Source: an uncultured Planctomycetales bacterium
GTDB taxonomy: Bacteria; Omnitrophota; Gorgyraeia; Gygaellales; Profunditerraquicolaceae
Direction: 5' to 3'
Length of the DNA: 64,000 nt
NCBI GenBank assembly: GCA_964645795.1
Contig: CAZYCL010000004.1
Coordinates: 163,093 to 227,092, forward strand
Shown: positions 18,125-28,422 of the stretch, one piece after another
Layout of the letters: every line of letters begins with the position of its first letter
Position numbering within the stretch: the stretch's first letter is position 1
Program-made: the position numbers and the translations under genes
The notes under the pieces: generated by a model
Database searches by the model: none
Seen by the model: the letters and a program-made list of their open reading frames with translations, nothing else
What the model was told of the DNA's origin: nothing

Positions 18125-19368
18125 AACATTTAAAATCTACCGACCCCGAGATATTCGAGGCGGTAAGAAGCGAGATAAAAAGACAGGAGGGCAATCTGGA
18201 GCTCATCGCTTCGGAGAACTTTACCTCTATGGCTGTCCTTGAGGCCCAGGGCTCGGTCCTCACCAACAAATACGCCGAAGGCTACCCGCACCGCAGATGG
18301 TACGGCGGATGCGAATACGTGGATGAAGCGGAGCGCCTGGCAATCGAACGGGCAAAGAAGCTTTTCGGGGCCGAACACGTCAATGTTCAGCCTCACTCGG
18401 GGTCTCAGGCGAATATGGCGGTTTATTTTGCGGCGCTCAAGCCCGGGGATACGGTCCTGGCGATGGATCTGGCAGCTGGAGGCCATCTTACCCACGGCCA
18501 TCCTCATAACTTTTCCGGCAGGTTTTTTAAAATGGTCGGATACGGGGTAGACAGGAATACCGAGACCCTGGATTATTCCCAAATCCTTGCTTTGGCAAAA
18601 GAGCATAAGCCCAGGATGATACTTGCCGGGGCATCCGCTTATCCGCGCCGGATAGATTTTAGGAAGTTCCGCGATATATGCGACGAGGTCGCAGCGTATC
18701 TTTTCGTGGATATGGCCCACATAGCGGGGCTGGTCGCCGCAGGCCAGCATCCCTCACCCGTGCCTTACGCCGAGTTTGTCACTTCTACTACTCATAAGAC
18801 CTTGCGCGGGCCAAGAGGCGGCTTTATTATCTGCAAAAAAGATTTTGCCAAAAAGATCGATTCCCAGATCTTCCCCGGCATCCAGGGCGGGCCCCTGATG
18901 CACGTCATCGCCGCCAAGGCGGTGGCATTCAAAGAGGCGATGACCGCTCAGTTCAAGGCCTATCAAAAACAGATCATCAAAAACTCCCAGGAGCTGGCGC
19001 GCAGCCTCTCCAAAGACGGCTTCCGCATCGTTTCCGGGGGTACGGATACGCATCTGATGCTGGTTGACCTGAACGGCAAAGGGGTGACCGGCAGCGACGC
19101 CTCGCTGATGCTCGGGCAGGCCGGTATAACCGTCAACAAAAACCTTATTCCTTTTGACAAGAGGAGCCCGATGATCACCAGCGGCATACGCCTGGGTACT
19201 GCCGCAGTGACTACCCGCGGCATGAAAGAAGCCCAGATGCGCCAGATCACCGGTTTTATCAATGAGGCCATCGAGGCCAATACCGATTCGCTCAAGCTTA
19301 TAAAGATAAGGAAAAAGGTCCTGGCGCTTACCAGGAGGTTTCCTTTGTATCCCGAGCTTGCCAAGTAA
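18115..19368 (+). CDS. glyA: serine hydroxymethyltransferase
   Basis: Start ATG 18115, 6 nt after GGGAG. Contains LIASENFTS and the PLP-Lys region [12 protein letters not shown]. Confidence 0.9.
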   Translation: MQMKHLKSTDPEIFEAVRSEIKRQEGNLELIASENFTSMAVLEAQGSVLTNKYAEGYPHRRWYGGCEYVDEAERLAIERAKKLFGAEHVNVQPHSGSQANMAVYFAALKPGDTVLAMDLAAGGHLTHGHPHNFSGRFFKMVGYGVDRNTETLDYSQILALAKEHKPRMILAGASAYPRRIDFRKFRDICDEVAAYLFVDMAHIAGLVAAGQHPSPVPYAEFVTSTTHKTLRGPRGGFIICKKDFAKKIDSQIFPGIQGGPLMHVIAAKAVAFKEAMTAQFKAYQKQIIKNSQELARSLSKDGFRIVSGGTDTHLMLVDLNGKGVTGSDASLMLGQAGITVNKNLIPFDKRSPMITSGIRLGTAAVTTRGMKEAQMRQITGFINEAIEANTDSLKLIKIRKKVLALTRRFPLYPELAK

Positions 19369-19385
19369 AGACAAAACCGTTAATA

Positions 19386-19480
19386 TGATTACACGGATGA
19401 AAAGGCAGATTACGCAGATTAGGGCAAAATCTATGTTTAGATTTAATCTGTGTAATCTGCTTTTATAATCTGCATAATCA
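19386..19480. repeat. cluster of GATTACRCAG / CAGATTA motifs including a 16-bp inverted repeat (19406-19421 / 19444-19459)
   Basis: CAGATTACGCAGATTA versus TAATCTGTGTAATCTG (15/16 complementary, 22-nt loop), plus a further TAATCTGCATAATC copy. Confidence 0.7.
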
Positions 19481-19497
19481 AACATACTTTTCACAAC

Positions 19498-19962
19498 ATG
19501 AGCCCAAAGCAAGTAATTCACAGGCGCCCGAGCTGGGACGAGTATTTTATGGAGCTGGCAGGGTTGGTTTCCAGGCGCGCGACGTGCCTGCGGCGCAGCG
19601 TAGGGGCCGTGTTGATAAAGGATAAGAAGATATTGGCTACCGGCTATAACGGGGCGCCTTCGGGGCTGGCGCATTGCACCGATACTTCATGTCTGCGGCA
19701 AAAACTGAATATCCCATCGGGGCAGCGCCATGAGTTGTGCCGCGGGCTGCACGCCGAACAGAACGTCCTGTTACAGGCTGCACTCCACGGTGTCAGCACC
19801 AAGGGAAGCACTCTTTATGTTACCAATCAGCCCTGTATTATCTGCGCCAAGATGATCATCAATGCCGGTATTAAGGAAGTAGTTATACGCGGGGAGTATC
19901 CCGATAAAATGGCATCGCGGTTTTTGAAAGAGGCCGGGATAAGGGTGAGAAAAATAAAATGA
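19498..19962 (+). CDS. dCMP deaminase / ComEB-family cytidine-deoxycytidylate deaminase
   Basis: [14 protein letters not shown] and [14 protein letters not shown] zinc-binding motifs. Confidence 0.8.
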   Translation: MSPKQVIHRRPSWDEYFMELAGLVSRRATCLRRSVGAVLIKDKKILATGYNGAPSGLAHCTDTSCLRQKLNIPSGQRHELCRGLHAEQNVLLQAALHGVSTKGSTLYVTNQPCIICAKMIINAGIKEVVIRGEYPDKMASRFLKEAGIRVRKIK

Positions 19963-20423
19963 AATGCCCGTTCTGCGGATACAAGGAAGACAAGGTCGTT
20001 GATTCCCGCTCTACTGCCGAGGAGTCGGCGGTAAGGCGCAGGCGGGAATGCCTGAAGTGCGGCAAGCGCTTCACTACCTACGAATACGTCGAAGAAGTCT
20101 CCATGATGGTGATCAAGAAGGACGGCAGGCGCGAGCCTTTTGACCGCAAAAAGATACTGGCCGGGATCATCCGCGCCTGCGAGAAAAGGCAGATCAGCAT
20201 GGATAAGATGGAGGATATCGTCATCCAGGTAGAGCGCGCCATCCAGAAAAAGAGCGACCGGGAAGTATCCGCGCAGAGGATCGGGGAGCTGGTGATGGAG
20301 AGGCTCAAGAACCTTGACGATGTGGCGTATGTGCGTTTCGCTTCCGTCTACAGGCAATTCAAGGATGTCGGACAGTTCATGGTGGAGCTAAAGGATATTT
20401 TAGGTAAGGATAAAAGAAAATAA
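19959..20423 (+). CDS. nrdR: transcriptional repressor NrdR
   Basis: [22 protein letters not shown] zinc ribbon followed by an ATP-cone domain. Confidence 0.9.
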   Translation: MKCPFCGYKEDKVVDSRSTAEESAVRRRRECLKCGKRFTTYEYVEEVSMMVIKKDGRREPFDRKKILAGIIRACEKRQISMDKMEDIVIQVERAIQKKSDREVSAQRIGELVMERLKNLDDVAYVRFASVYRQFKDVGQFMVELKDILGKDKRK

Positions 20424-20456
20424 AGAAGATAAAGCGATTGCAGTGATAAAAACGCG

Positions 20457-20517
20457 ATTACACAGATCAGGGCTTTAAGGTTTGATCACCGTAATCAGTT
20501 TTTTAATCTGTGTAATC
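20457..20517. repeat. GATTACACAGAT inverted repeat (12-bp arms, 37-nt loop) downstream of nrdR; the same motif family as 19386-19480
   Basis: GATTACACAGAT at 20457-20468 versus ATCTGTGTAATC at 20506-20517; the loop contains a further CCGTAATC copy. Confidence 0.7.
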
Positions 20518-20541
20518 ATATAAGGTTTTGAGGTATCATTT

Positions 20542-20952
20542 ATGGTCGAAATGGAGCTTAATAAAATAGTGATCGATGAAAAGAGGCATGACCAGCTGAT
20601 CGTACTTAAGGAAAAGAACGGCACGAGGATCCTGCCTATCGTGATAGGCCTGTCCGAGGCCTCGGCGATAAAACTCAAGATCAGCGGCTTTATCCCTCCG
20701 CGGCCGCTTACTCACGACCTCCTGCACGATACGATAACCAAACTGGAGGCCGGCATCGAAAAGATACTCATCGACAAGCTTGAAGAGAACACTTTTCATG
20801 CCAAGATCATCTTAAAGACCGCTTCAGGAGAAGACAAGACCATTGACGCCCGCCCCTCAGACAGTATCGCCCTTGCCGTCAGGTCGCATTCTCCGATATT
20901 CGTGGAGGACGCGATCATAAAGCAGTCGGAGATGTTCAATCAGAACAAATAA
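20542..20952 (+). CDS. bifunctional nuclease domain (BFN/DUF151) protein
   Basis: PIVIGLSEASAIKLKISGFIPPRPLTHDLL matches the BFN family signature. Confidence 0.7.
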   Translation: MVEMELNKIVIDEKRHDQLIVLKEKNGTRILPIVIGLSEASAIKLKISGFIPPRPLTHDLLHDTITKLEAGIEKILIDKLEENTFHAKIILKTASGEDKTIDARPSDSIALAVRSHSPIFVEDAIIKQSEMFNQNK

Positions 20953-21009
20953 CCTTAGTTGACCAGTCGGCCAGTTTTCCGGTTAGCCGGTTTAGATCCG
21001 GCTTCCCAT

Positions 21010-22491
21010 ATGAATAAGAAAATTATTTTTAATTCGGCAGAAGAGGCGATACTCGGGAAAGTATATAATTTTTCCCGCAAGCAAAAGGTCGAATTGTTCC
21101 TGGTGGGCGGGATTATCCGGGACAAGCTCCTGGGCCGCAAGAAAGAAAACCCGGACATGGACTTCTGTCTTAAAAAAGGCGCTATAGTTTTCGGCCGCAG
21201 GCTTGCCAGGGCTTTAAGGGCCGGGTTCGTGGTGTTGGATAAGGAGCACGGCGCCTGCAGGCTGGTATTAAAGGATAAAAAGAGGATCTTCACGCTTGAC
21301 TTTACGGATTTCCGCGGTAAAACCCTCGAAGAAGATCTCCTGCGCCGCGACTTCACCATCAACACAATGGCCCTGGCCCTCAAGGACATCTTTAAGAAAG
21401 GCGGGGTAAATGGGCGCATTATTGATCTATTCGGCGCCAGGGAAGACCTGCAGCGCGGCGTTCTGCGCATACCATACCGGGACGCTTTCGACGATGACCC
21501 CTTGCGCATGCTTCGGGCCTTCAGCTTCTCCTGCGTTTTGGGTTGCAGGATAGACGCCCCCACCCTGAAGGCCATAGCCAGAAAAAAGAAAAAGATCTTA
21601 AGCGTATCGCCGGAAAGGATACGCGATGAGCTGTTCAAGATACTGGAAGGCAAGGACGCTTTCAATACGCTTTGCGCCCTTGACAGGATAAAGATACTGG
21701 AGATCATTATCCCCGAGATAAACCTTATGCGCGGCGTCTATCAGGGTCCTTATCACCATCTTGATATCTGGAAGCACACCCTTGAGTGCGTAAAGCAGTT
21801 TGAAGAGCTTATAGCCGGCTTAAAGGCAGACGCTCGCATCTATGGCTACTGCTGCAGGCTTTTGGCGGGCCAGCGCAGCAGAAAGGCCCTGATAAAGCTT
21901 GCGCTGCTGTTTCATGACATAGGCAAACCTTCTACGATGCGCCGATGTAAGGGCAAGATTTCATTTCACGGCCACGAGAGAGCAGGTCTTCCCTGGGCGC
22001 ACGAGGCCTGCAAGAGGCTTAAGCTTTCCAACGACGAGATAAGATCCGTCAAGACCATGGTGCTTTGGCATCTGAGGCCCGGTTACCTCGGAGACCTGGA
22101 ACAGATAAGCTCCCGCGCCAAGTTCCGCTACTTCCGCGATACCGCCGATGAGGCGCTGGCCGTGCTTCTTTTGTCCATTGCCGACCAGCGTTCCACCCGC
22201 GGCCGCCTGAGCACCAGGGCAGATTCGCTAAGACACGAAAAGGCAGCCTTTTCGCTCATTAACGAGTATTTTCGCAGAGAAAAAGAGAAAAAGCCGCAGA
22301 GGCTGGTAAACGGGGATGACCTTATGAGGGAGCTTGGGCTTGAGCCTTCGCCTTTGATCGGCAAGCTCCTTAAGAGCCTGGAAGAGTCCCAGGCCATCGG
22401 CAGGATAAACAGCAAGGCCCAGGCCCTGGGGTTGGCGCGGCGAATGTTGAAGAAATATGGCTCCGCTAAGCCAAAGAAGGCCGCAAAATAG
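21010..22491 (+). CDS. CCA-adding tRNA nucleotidyltransferase / poly(A) polymerase family with HD domain
   Basis: Pol-beta head motif LVGGIIRDKLLGR, an HD domain (LFHDIGKP, HGHERAG); start ATG 21010 (MNKKIIFNS). Confidence 0.75.
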   Translation: MNKKIIFNSAEEAILGKVYNFSRKQKVELFLVGGIIRDKLLGRKKENPDMDFCLKKGAIVFGRRLARALRAGFVVLDKEHGACRLVLKDKKRIFTLDFTDFRGKTLEEDLLRRDFTINTMALALKDIFKKGGVNGRIIDLFGAREDLQRGVLRIPYRDAFDDDPLRMLRAFSFSCVLGCRIDAPTLKAIARKKKKILSVSPERIRDELFKILEGKDAFNTLCALDRIKILEIIIPEINLMRGVYQGPYHHLDIWKHTLECVKQFEELIAGLKADARIYGYCCRLLAGQRSRKALIKLALLFHDIGKPSTMRRCKGKISFHGHERAGLPWAHEACKRLKLSNDEIRSVKTMVLWHLRPGYLGDLEQISSRAKFRYFRDTADEALAVLLLSIADQRSTRGRLSTRADSLRHEKAAFSLINEYFRREKEKKPQRLVNGDDLMRELGLEPSPLIGKLLKSLEESQAIGRINSKAQALGLARRMLKKYGSAKPKKAAK

Positions 22492-22585
22492 TCTTTTGGG
22501 GTTATTGCGCCAACAAAAAGATTGAGTTAATATTGTTTTGGCGGTAAGAATAGGATGACAAAAAACTGAAATGGGGAGGGTTCTC

Positions 22586-23011
22586 ATGAAAAGCGCTTTC
22601 CGGTTTTTATCCGTGTTGGTCATAGTTTATCTGGCCGCGGGCGTCCAGTCCGTGGCGTCAGGCCAAGAGCAGTCCTTTGGAGCCCGGGCTTCGATCGGCA
22701 ACCTTTCAGAAGCCGATACCGTCAAGATAGACGGGTATCTTCTTGAGAACTACTGTTATAATGAAGAGCAGCCTGACGACCCGCTGGAGTTTGCCAAAGC
22801 TCACCCCAAAAGCTGCCTGCTCCTTCCCATATGCGTAAACAGCGGGTTTATCATTGTCTCCAGCGATTCCAAAATCTATCCTATCGAGCGCCCCGACTCT
22901 TGCCGGGTGGTCACTTATCTGGAAGAAGATTCCAACGGTACTCATGTCCAGGCGACCTTGCAGAAGAACGGCAGCGGCTGGCGCCTCATAAGCCTGGAAA
23001 ACCGCAGCTGA
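22586..23011 (+). CDS. hypothetical exported Cys-containing protein
   Basis: Signal peptide MKSAFRFLSVLVIVYLAAGVQSVASG; SD GGGGAGG 6 nt upstream. Confidence 0.5.
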   Translation: MKSAFRFLSVLVIVYLAAGVQSVASGQEQSFGARASIGNLSEADTVKIDGYLLENYCYNEEQPDDPLEFAKAHPKSCLLLPICVNSGFIIVSSDSKIYPIERPDSCRVVTYLEEDSNGTHVQATLQKNGSGWRLISLENRS

Positions 23012-23068
23012 TCTGCGGCCGCCAATAATCTCTTTCTAATCTGCGGTTTTTTCTATATAATTAGCTTC

Positions 23069-25498
23069 ATGAAGAAGCTGTTTGGCGTCTTGCTCGCCTT
23101 GATTATCGCCTCAGCGGCCCTGATAAATTATCTGAACCGCCTGCTCATACCCACAAAGATAAAGTCGGCGGTCACCGAATCCATAAAGCGCTATACCGGC
23201 AAAGACGTCCTCCTGGAAAGCCTGCGCTTTGATATCTTTAAAGGGCTGGTATTTAGCGGCCTTACTGTTTACGATGAGCAGAGGGTCTTGGTTTACGTAA
23301 AACAGGGCTCTTGCGCTTTCTTGTTTCTGCCTTTCGCGCGCCACAATATCATTATCCCATCGCTCAACCTTTATAACGCGGAGCTTAATCTGGTAAAGGA
23401 TAGCCAGGGTTTTTCCGGCCTTAAAGGACTGTCTAAGGGCGGCTCCCCGGGCTCCGGCGTCCTCATCTATAAGATCAGGCTCATCGACTCCAGGGTCATA
23501 TTTAATGACCAAAGCCTCTCGCCGGCTTTTTCCGGTAAGCTCCAAAAGGTCAATCTCGTCTTGAACCCGTCTCTGCCTTCAAAGCTGAGGCTTTCTTTTT
23601 CTGCGTGCCTGGGGGATGATTTCGCTTCGCAGCTGGCAGGCAGCGCGGAGTTTTTCTTTAAAGACGACTCCCTCTTTGCGCGGCTGCAGGCGCGCAATAT
23701 ATCTTTGGCCGAGTTCGCTCCTTATTATCAGGGTTCAGGCTGCTCTGTTGCCGGCAAGCTGCAGGAGGTTGGTTCTACGTTTTCGCTGGCCAACGGCATT
23801 CTTTCGGCAGAGCTTAGGGTCTACGCCAAAAACCTGCTCATCCGTAAGGGCAGCATGCAGGTGCTTTTGAATACCGACGTATCATCTGCGCTCAAGTATG
23901 AGCTTAAGGGCTCAAAGCCGACCGTTACGGGAAAGGCCCTGTTGCAAGGCTGCAGCATCAGCGGCATAGGCAGCTTGGGCGAAATGGCCAATATCACCGG
24001 AAGGCTTGATTTCAACGAGTCTCGGCTTTCTTCAGAACGGCTGCGGCTTGACGTCTGGGGCATGACCGTCGATCCCCAATTGAAGATAGATAACTTTCAG
24101 GACCCACAGATGAGCCTGCATTTTGACCTCAATACCACCACAGAGCGCATCCTGACGATCCTCAGGGACAGGCTGAAGCTCAACCTCCCTTTAAGCAGCC
24201 AGGGAGACTGCCGGCTCAACATATTTGTAAAAAACAGTTTTTCTTCCCCCGCGCAGGCGCAGTTTGCCGGCTACCTCGACCTGCAGGGCGCGGTGCTGAA
24301 GGCGCAGGAGTTCCCGGTAGTATTGGATTCGGTCAAAGGACGGTTGAATTTTGATTCGTCACAAGTCAGCTGGCAGGAGCTTAGCTTCAAGTACTCGGAT
24401 AAGGTTTATAAGAGCGCGGGGTCAGTCAAGGATTACGCCTCGCCCAAGGTAAGGCTTCAGGTCTCGGGGGACGATCTGTATGCCGAAACGATACTGCATT
24501 CCACAGGCGCAGGAGTTGATATCCTGGGGTTGACGGGCAGATACCGCGGCTCCAAATTCTCGACTTTTTCAGACAACAGCACTCTTTCCCTGCCGGACCT
24601 GAAGGCAGAGGCCAATCTTTACCTGGATATTGACTGTGAGGATTTAGCGTTTCTGCTGCCCGGTTTAAAATCCGGGATCGCAGCTGTCAGGCCGAAAGGG
24701 CTCATACATGCCAAACTGACCCTTATGGGCAGGCTCGATCAATACCTGAGCTGGGAGATGTACGCCAAGATAACCAGCCACTACATCTCTCTTTATGGTC
24801 TCAAGGCCAACGATCTGAGCCTGCTCTACACTCAGAAGGACGGGGAAGCGCAGGTAGCGGATATGTCTTTGTCTTTTTACGACGGCATCCTGCGTTCGCA
24901 GGCAAAGGTAAGCCTCAAAGAACATTTCCCTTACCGGGTCGATCTTGAAGCCGAAGGGATAAAGCTGGAGAAGCTTATTCGCGACACAAAGGCTGACAAG
25001 AAGGACGTCACCGGGACATTGCACGGAAATATTAAGCTGAGCGGACCGGGCGACGAGCTTGCCGCGACAAACGGATCGGGTAAGATCTTCATCACCCAGG
25101 GGAATCTCTGGCAGTTGAACCTGTTTCAGGGATTAGGGAGCTTGCTCTTTGCCAGGGATTTTGCTAATATAGCTTTTACCGAAGGCTACTGCGCCTTCGC
25201 GGTAGAGGATAAGAGCGTATTTACGGACAACCTCGTCCTCAAAAGCAGCATCGCCAATCTTTACGGCCCGGTGAAGCTGGGATTTGACGGAAAGATCGAC
25301 GGCAGCCTTAATATCGAAGTCCTTGATGCCAATGCCCCGGTCACCGGCACATTTAAGGATGTGACCACCGCCCTTATCGGCCGCGCGGGCAGGTTCGGGG
25401 TGCTTAAGATCAGCGGTAATCTCAAAGACGCAAAGTATAAATTCAGGCCCGCCGTGACGGACATCATCCGCGGGATAAAGGATGCCATCATCCAGTAA
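23069..25498 (+). CDS. AsmA/TamB-like large envelope protein (N-terminal signal anchor)
   Basis: 809 aa. N-terminal anchor MKKLFGVLLALIIASAALINYL followed by a long beta-rich region; the AsmA-family assignment is tentative. Confidence 0.45.
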   Translation: MKKLFGVLLALIIASAALINYLNRLLIPTKIKSAVTESIKRYTGKDVLLESLRFDIFKGLVFSGLTVYDEQRVLVYVKQGSCAFLFLPFARHNIIIPSLNLYNAELNLVKDSQGFSGLKGLSKGGSPGSGVLIYKIRLIDSRVIFNDQSLSPAFSGKLQKVNLVLNPSLPSKLRLSFSACLGDDFASQLAGSAEFFFKDDSLFARLQARNISLAEFAPYYQGSGCSVAGKLQEVGSTFSLANGILSAELRVYAKNLLIRKGSMQVLLNTDVSSALKYELKGSKPTVTGKALLQGCSISGIGSLGEMANITGRLDFNESRLSSERLRLDVWGMTVDPQLKIDNFQDPQMSLHFDLNTTTERILTILRDRLKLNLPLSSQGDCRLNIFVKNSFSSPAQAQFAGYLDLQGAVLKAQEFPVVLDSVKGRLNFDSSQVSWQELSFKYSDKVYKSAGSVKDYASPKVRLQVSGDDLYAETILHSTGAGVDILGLTGRYRGSKFSTFSDNSTLSLPDLKAEANLYLDIDCEDLAFLLPGLKSGIAAVRPKGLIHAKLTLMGRLDQYLSWEMYAKITSHYISLYGLKANDLSLLYTQKDGEAQVADMSLSFYDGILRSQAKVSLKEHFPYRVDLEAEGIKLEKLIRDTKADKKDVTGTLHGNIKLSGPGDELAATNGSGKIFITQGNLWQLNLFQGLGSLLFARDFANIAFTEGYCAFAVEDKSVFTDNLVLKSSIANLYGPVKLGFDGKIDGSLNIEVLDANAPVTGTFKDVTTALIGRAGRFGVLKISGNLKDAKYKFRPAVTDIIRGIKDAIIQ

Positions 25499-25520
25499 GC
25501 CGAAGACAGGACGCCAGGTT

Positions 25521-26504
25521 ATGTTTATGCCGCGAAGTTTTGCCAAGCTATTATTGTCAAAAGCGTTATTTTGTATCTGCTGCGCCTGCCCGGCGTATGC
25601 GGGCCAGAACGAGGCAGGCAATATGCAGCTTGCCTTTTCAGGCGTTGCCGGTTCAGAGCGTTCGATGGCCATTGAAGATACGCTGGCCAGAACCGAGGCC
25701 TCCATGCGGGCGGGTTTACCTGCGGCAGGGGGCTTAAGAGAGCTGGAAAGCCGTTTTCTGTATATGGGGCCTAACGGCGCCGAAGCCCAAGACGGCAAGG
25801 TAGGGGTATTCGACTCCTCGGTTGAATACCGCCACGAGGTTCTGGCGTTTGGAAAGCTCCCCGTCGAGTTCTGTCTGCAACAGCGTTATATAGGCCTGGA
25901 TAATACCACCGCAGTCCCCTTGCCCGGCCATTTGACCGGGGTGTCCCTGGGGCTGCAGGCGACCCTGCCGTTTTTCGCGGTCGATAAAACGTACCTGCGC
26001 CTGGGCCTGAGCCCTTCTTTCTTTGGCGACGGCTGGGAGTGCCATTCCTCCGGCTTCAGGATCCCTTCCCGGATATTTGCCATACATAAACCCGATGATA
26101 AATGGATCTATATCGCGGGTATCGCCATATTCCCGGATTATGACGATAAGCTCCTGCCGATCCTCGGCTTCATCTACAGGCCGAATCAGAAGCTGGTTTT
26201 TAATATCATACCACAGAGGCCCAATATCACTTATGAGCTTAATGAGAAACTCTCTGTCTTCGGAGAATTCGACGCCTCCGGCGGCGAGTTCGAAGTCAAT
26301 AAAGACAGGTACAAAAACGCGGTCCTGGAGTATAAAGAGATGCATATGGGCGCCGGGTTTGAGTACAGGTTTAACAAGAATATGAAGGGGTCTTTCTCCA
26401 GCGGAGGCGTTTTCAACAGGAGGCTTAAATACCTGGATGAGCCAGGCAAGGTAAAGCTTGAGAACGGGGCCTACTGCGAGCTGCGTTTAAACATAGAAAT
26501 GTAA
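25521..26504 (+). CDS. hypothetical exported/outer-membrane-like protein
   Basis: Signal peptide MFMPRSFAKLLLSKALFCICCACPAYAG; beta-rich; the start is uncertain (25482 is also possible). Confidence 0.4.
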   Translation: MFMPRSFAKLLLSKALFCICCACPAYAGQNEAGNMQLAFSGVAGSERSMAIEDTLARTEASMRAGLPAAGGLRELESRFLYMGPNGAEAQDGKVGVFDSSVEYRHEVLAFGKLPVEFCLQQRYIGLDNTTAVPLPGHLTGVSLGLQATLPFFAVDKTYLRLGLSPSFFGDGWECHSSGFRIPSRIFAIHKPDDKWIYIAGIAIFPDYDDKLLPILGFIYRPNQKLVFNIIPQRPNITYELNEKLSVFGEFDASGGEFEVNKDRYKNAVLEYKEMHMGAGFEYRFNKNMKGSFSSGGVFNRRLKYLDEPGKVKLENGAYCELRLNIEM

Positions 26505-26515
26505 GGCGGTATTTC

Positions 26516-27235
26516 ATGTCGGTAATCGAAGGAGCCGGATTTTACATCTCCAAGCGCGTAGGCCGGGCGATCATGGATTACAAGATGCTCTCCCGCGGCG
26601 ACAAGATCGCCGTGGGGGTCTCCGGAGGCAAAGACAGCCTCGTTCTCCTTAAGCTCCTGGTTGACCGTCAGAAGTTCGTGCCGATAACCTACGAAGTGAT
26701 CGCGGTGCACGTTGACACGGGTTATCCTTCATCCTGCGCCGCCGGCCTTAGCAGATACTTCAAGAAGCTGGGCGTGAGGTTCTATATCGAGAAGATCGAC
26801 GCCCTGCGCAAAACCAAAAAGAAGGATATAAACTGTTTTTGGTGCTCCTGGAACAGGAGAAAGGCGATGTTTGAGGCCAGCGACAGGCTCGGCTGCACCA
26901 AGGTCGCCCTCGGCCACCACAAGGACGATATCGTCGAAACGGTATTAATGAATGTCTTTTTCCACGGAGAATTTTCGGCGATGTCGCCTAACCAGGAGCT
27001 TTTTGGCGGCAAGATCCGCATCATCCGGCCGCTGGCTTACGTTGAAGAGAGCATGATCGAGCGTTTTACCAGAGATTACGGTATCCCGTCTTTTGACTGC
27101 AAATGTCCGCAGTCCAGGGTATCGCAGCGCTCTACGGTCTCCTCTATTATCAGGAGGATGGAGAAGATCTGCCCCGAAGTAAAGACCAACATCTATAAAA
27201 GCGCCCAGAGAATAAAGAGCGATTATTTGCTTTAA
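26516..27235 (+). CDS. ttcA: tRNA 2-thiocytidine biosynthesis protein TtcA-like PP-loop ATPase
   Basis: PP-loop VGVSGGKDS and Cys motif CFWCSWNRRKA. Confidence 0.75.
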   Translation: MSVIEGAGFYISKRVGRAIMDYKMLSRGDKIAVGVSGGKDSLVLLKLLVDRQKFVPITYEVIAVHVDTGYPSSCAAGLSRYFKKLGVRFYIEKIDALRKTKKKDINCFWCSWNRRKAMFEASDRLGCTKVALGHHKDDIVETVLMNVFFHGEFSAMSPNQELFGGKIRIIRPLAYVEESMIERFTRDYGIPSFDCKCPQSRVSQRSTVSSIIRRMEKICPEVKTNIYKSAQRIKSDYLL

Positions 27236-27264
27236 GCGGATTATCAAAATGGTATAATAACGCT

Positions 27265-28194
27265 ATGAACGCCAGTCTGCTGATACTTTTAGCATTTTTT
27301 CTTTTTTGCGTCTTTATCATCATCCTCGTCCTGAAGATATCAAATCAGGTAAGTGAGCGCCTCAACCAGATGCAGCAGGGCATAGCCGAGCAGAACAAGA
27401 TAATCGGACAGGGGCTGGGGAGCACGGCTTCGGTATTCGGCAACGTCAAGGAGCAACTGGGAAGGCTGGAGTCCACCAATAACCAGATCCTTGAGATCGG
27501 CAAGAATATCTCCAGCCTGCAGGAGCTTCTGCGCGCCCCTAAATTCAGGGGCCAAATGGGAGAGACGCTTCTGGAGAATCTGCTTTCTCAGGTCCTGCCC
27601 AAAGAGCATTACCATGCGCAGTTCAGCTTTAAGACCGGGGATACCGTGGATGCGGTGATCAACCTGGGAAGCCGCATCGTGCCGATAGATGCGAAATTCA
27701 GCCTGGAGAATTTCCAGAGGATGATCGACGCCCCTGATGAGGCATCCAAGGCGGCCTTGCGCAAAAAGTTCGTTCAGGACGTAAAGACCCGGGCGGAAGA
27801 GATATCTTCCAAGTACATACTCCCCGAAGAAAACACCTATGATTTCGCCCTTATGTATATACCGGCAGAAAACGTTTATTACGAGATAGCGGTCAAAGAG
27901 GATATATTGTCTTTCTGCATGTCCAAAAAGGTTATCCCGGTTTCGCCCAACACATTCTATGCCTATCTGCAGGTCATCTGTATGGGGCTTAAAGGGATGA
28001 AGGTGGAGGAGAACGCCAAGAACATATTAAAGGGCCTAAGCGCCCTCTCGCAGGATATGGACAGGTTCTCGCAGGAGTTCAACGTATTGGGCGGCCATAT
28101 CCAGAATTCCAGGACCAAATACGAAGACAGCCTTAAGAGGTTGGAGAGGTTAAACGAGAAGCTTTCCAACGTCCAGGGCCTGAAAGATTCCTGA
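27265..28194 (+). CDS. rmuC: DNA recombination protein RmuC
   Basis: N-terminal TM segment, coiled coil, and an RmuC core (GQMGETLLENLLSQVLPKEHYHAQF..IVPIDAKFSLENF). Confidence 0.75.
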   Translation: MNASLLILLAFFLFCVFIIILVLKISNQVSERLNQMQQGIAEQNKIIGQGLGSTASVFGNVKEQLGRLESTNNQILEIGKNISSLQELLRAPKFRGQMGETLLENLLSQVLPKEHYHAQFSFKTGDTVDAVINLGSRIVPIDAKFSLENFQRMIDAPDEASKAALRKKFVQDVKTRAEEISSKYILPEENTYDFALMYIPAENVYYEIAVKEDILSFCMSKKVIPVSPNTFYAYLQVICMGLKGMKVEENAKNILKGLSALSQDMDRFSQEFNVLGGHIQNSRTKYEDSLKRLERLNEKLSNVQGLKDS

Positions 28195-28203
28195 CGAGGC
28201 CCC

Positions 28204-28422
28204 ATGCGATTAAGCGTCAAAGTCGTGCCTAAGGCTTCAAGAAACCTGGTCAGGGAAGAGAACGGCTCATACAAGGTATACCTCACTAAGCCGGCGCAGG
28301 ACGGCCTTGCCAACGAACAGCTCATTGAGCTTTTATCCGAGCACCTTAAAATAAAGAAATACAGGATCAGCATCGTCAGCGGAGAGGGCTCCCGTAACAA
28401 AATCATCTCTATCAATGAATAA
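28204..28422 (+). CDS. yggU: DUF167/YggU family protein
   Basis: 72 aa. MRLSVKVVPKASRNLV...KVYLTKPAQDGLANE. Confidence 0.75.
   Translation: MRLSVKVVPKASRNLVREENGSYKVYLTKPAQDGLANEQLIELLSEHLKIKKYRISIVSGEGSRNKIISINE

Noticed and set aside
19386-19469. 27-codon [30 protein letters not shown] in the glyA downstream region
   Set aside because: Its composition is dictated by the GATTAC/CAGATTA repeats and there is no SD. It is most likely a repeat artefact.
18754-19674. 306-aa minus-strand ORF antisense to glyA
   Set aside because: It lies entirely inside the strongly supported glyA CDS and is of low complexity. This is a typical spurious antisense ORF in GC-rich DNA. The same applies to 3484..4437 (antisense purB), 8986..9648 and 9778..10323 (antisense purF paralog), 20955..21707 (antisense cca), 44429..45040 (antisense atpH) and 50392..51384 (antisense motB tail).
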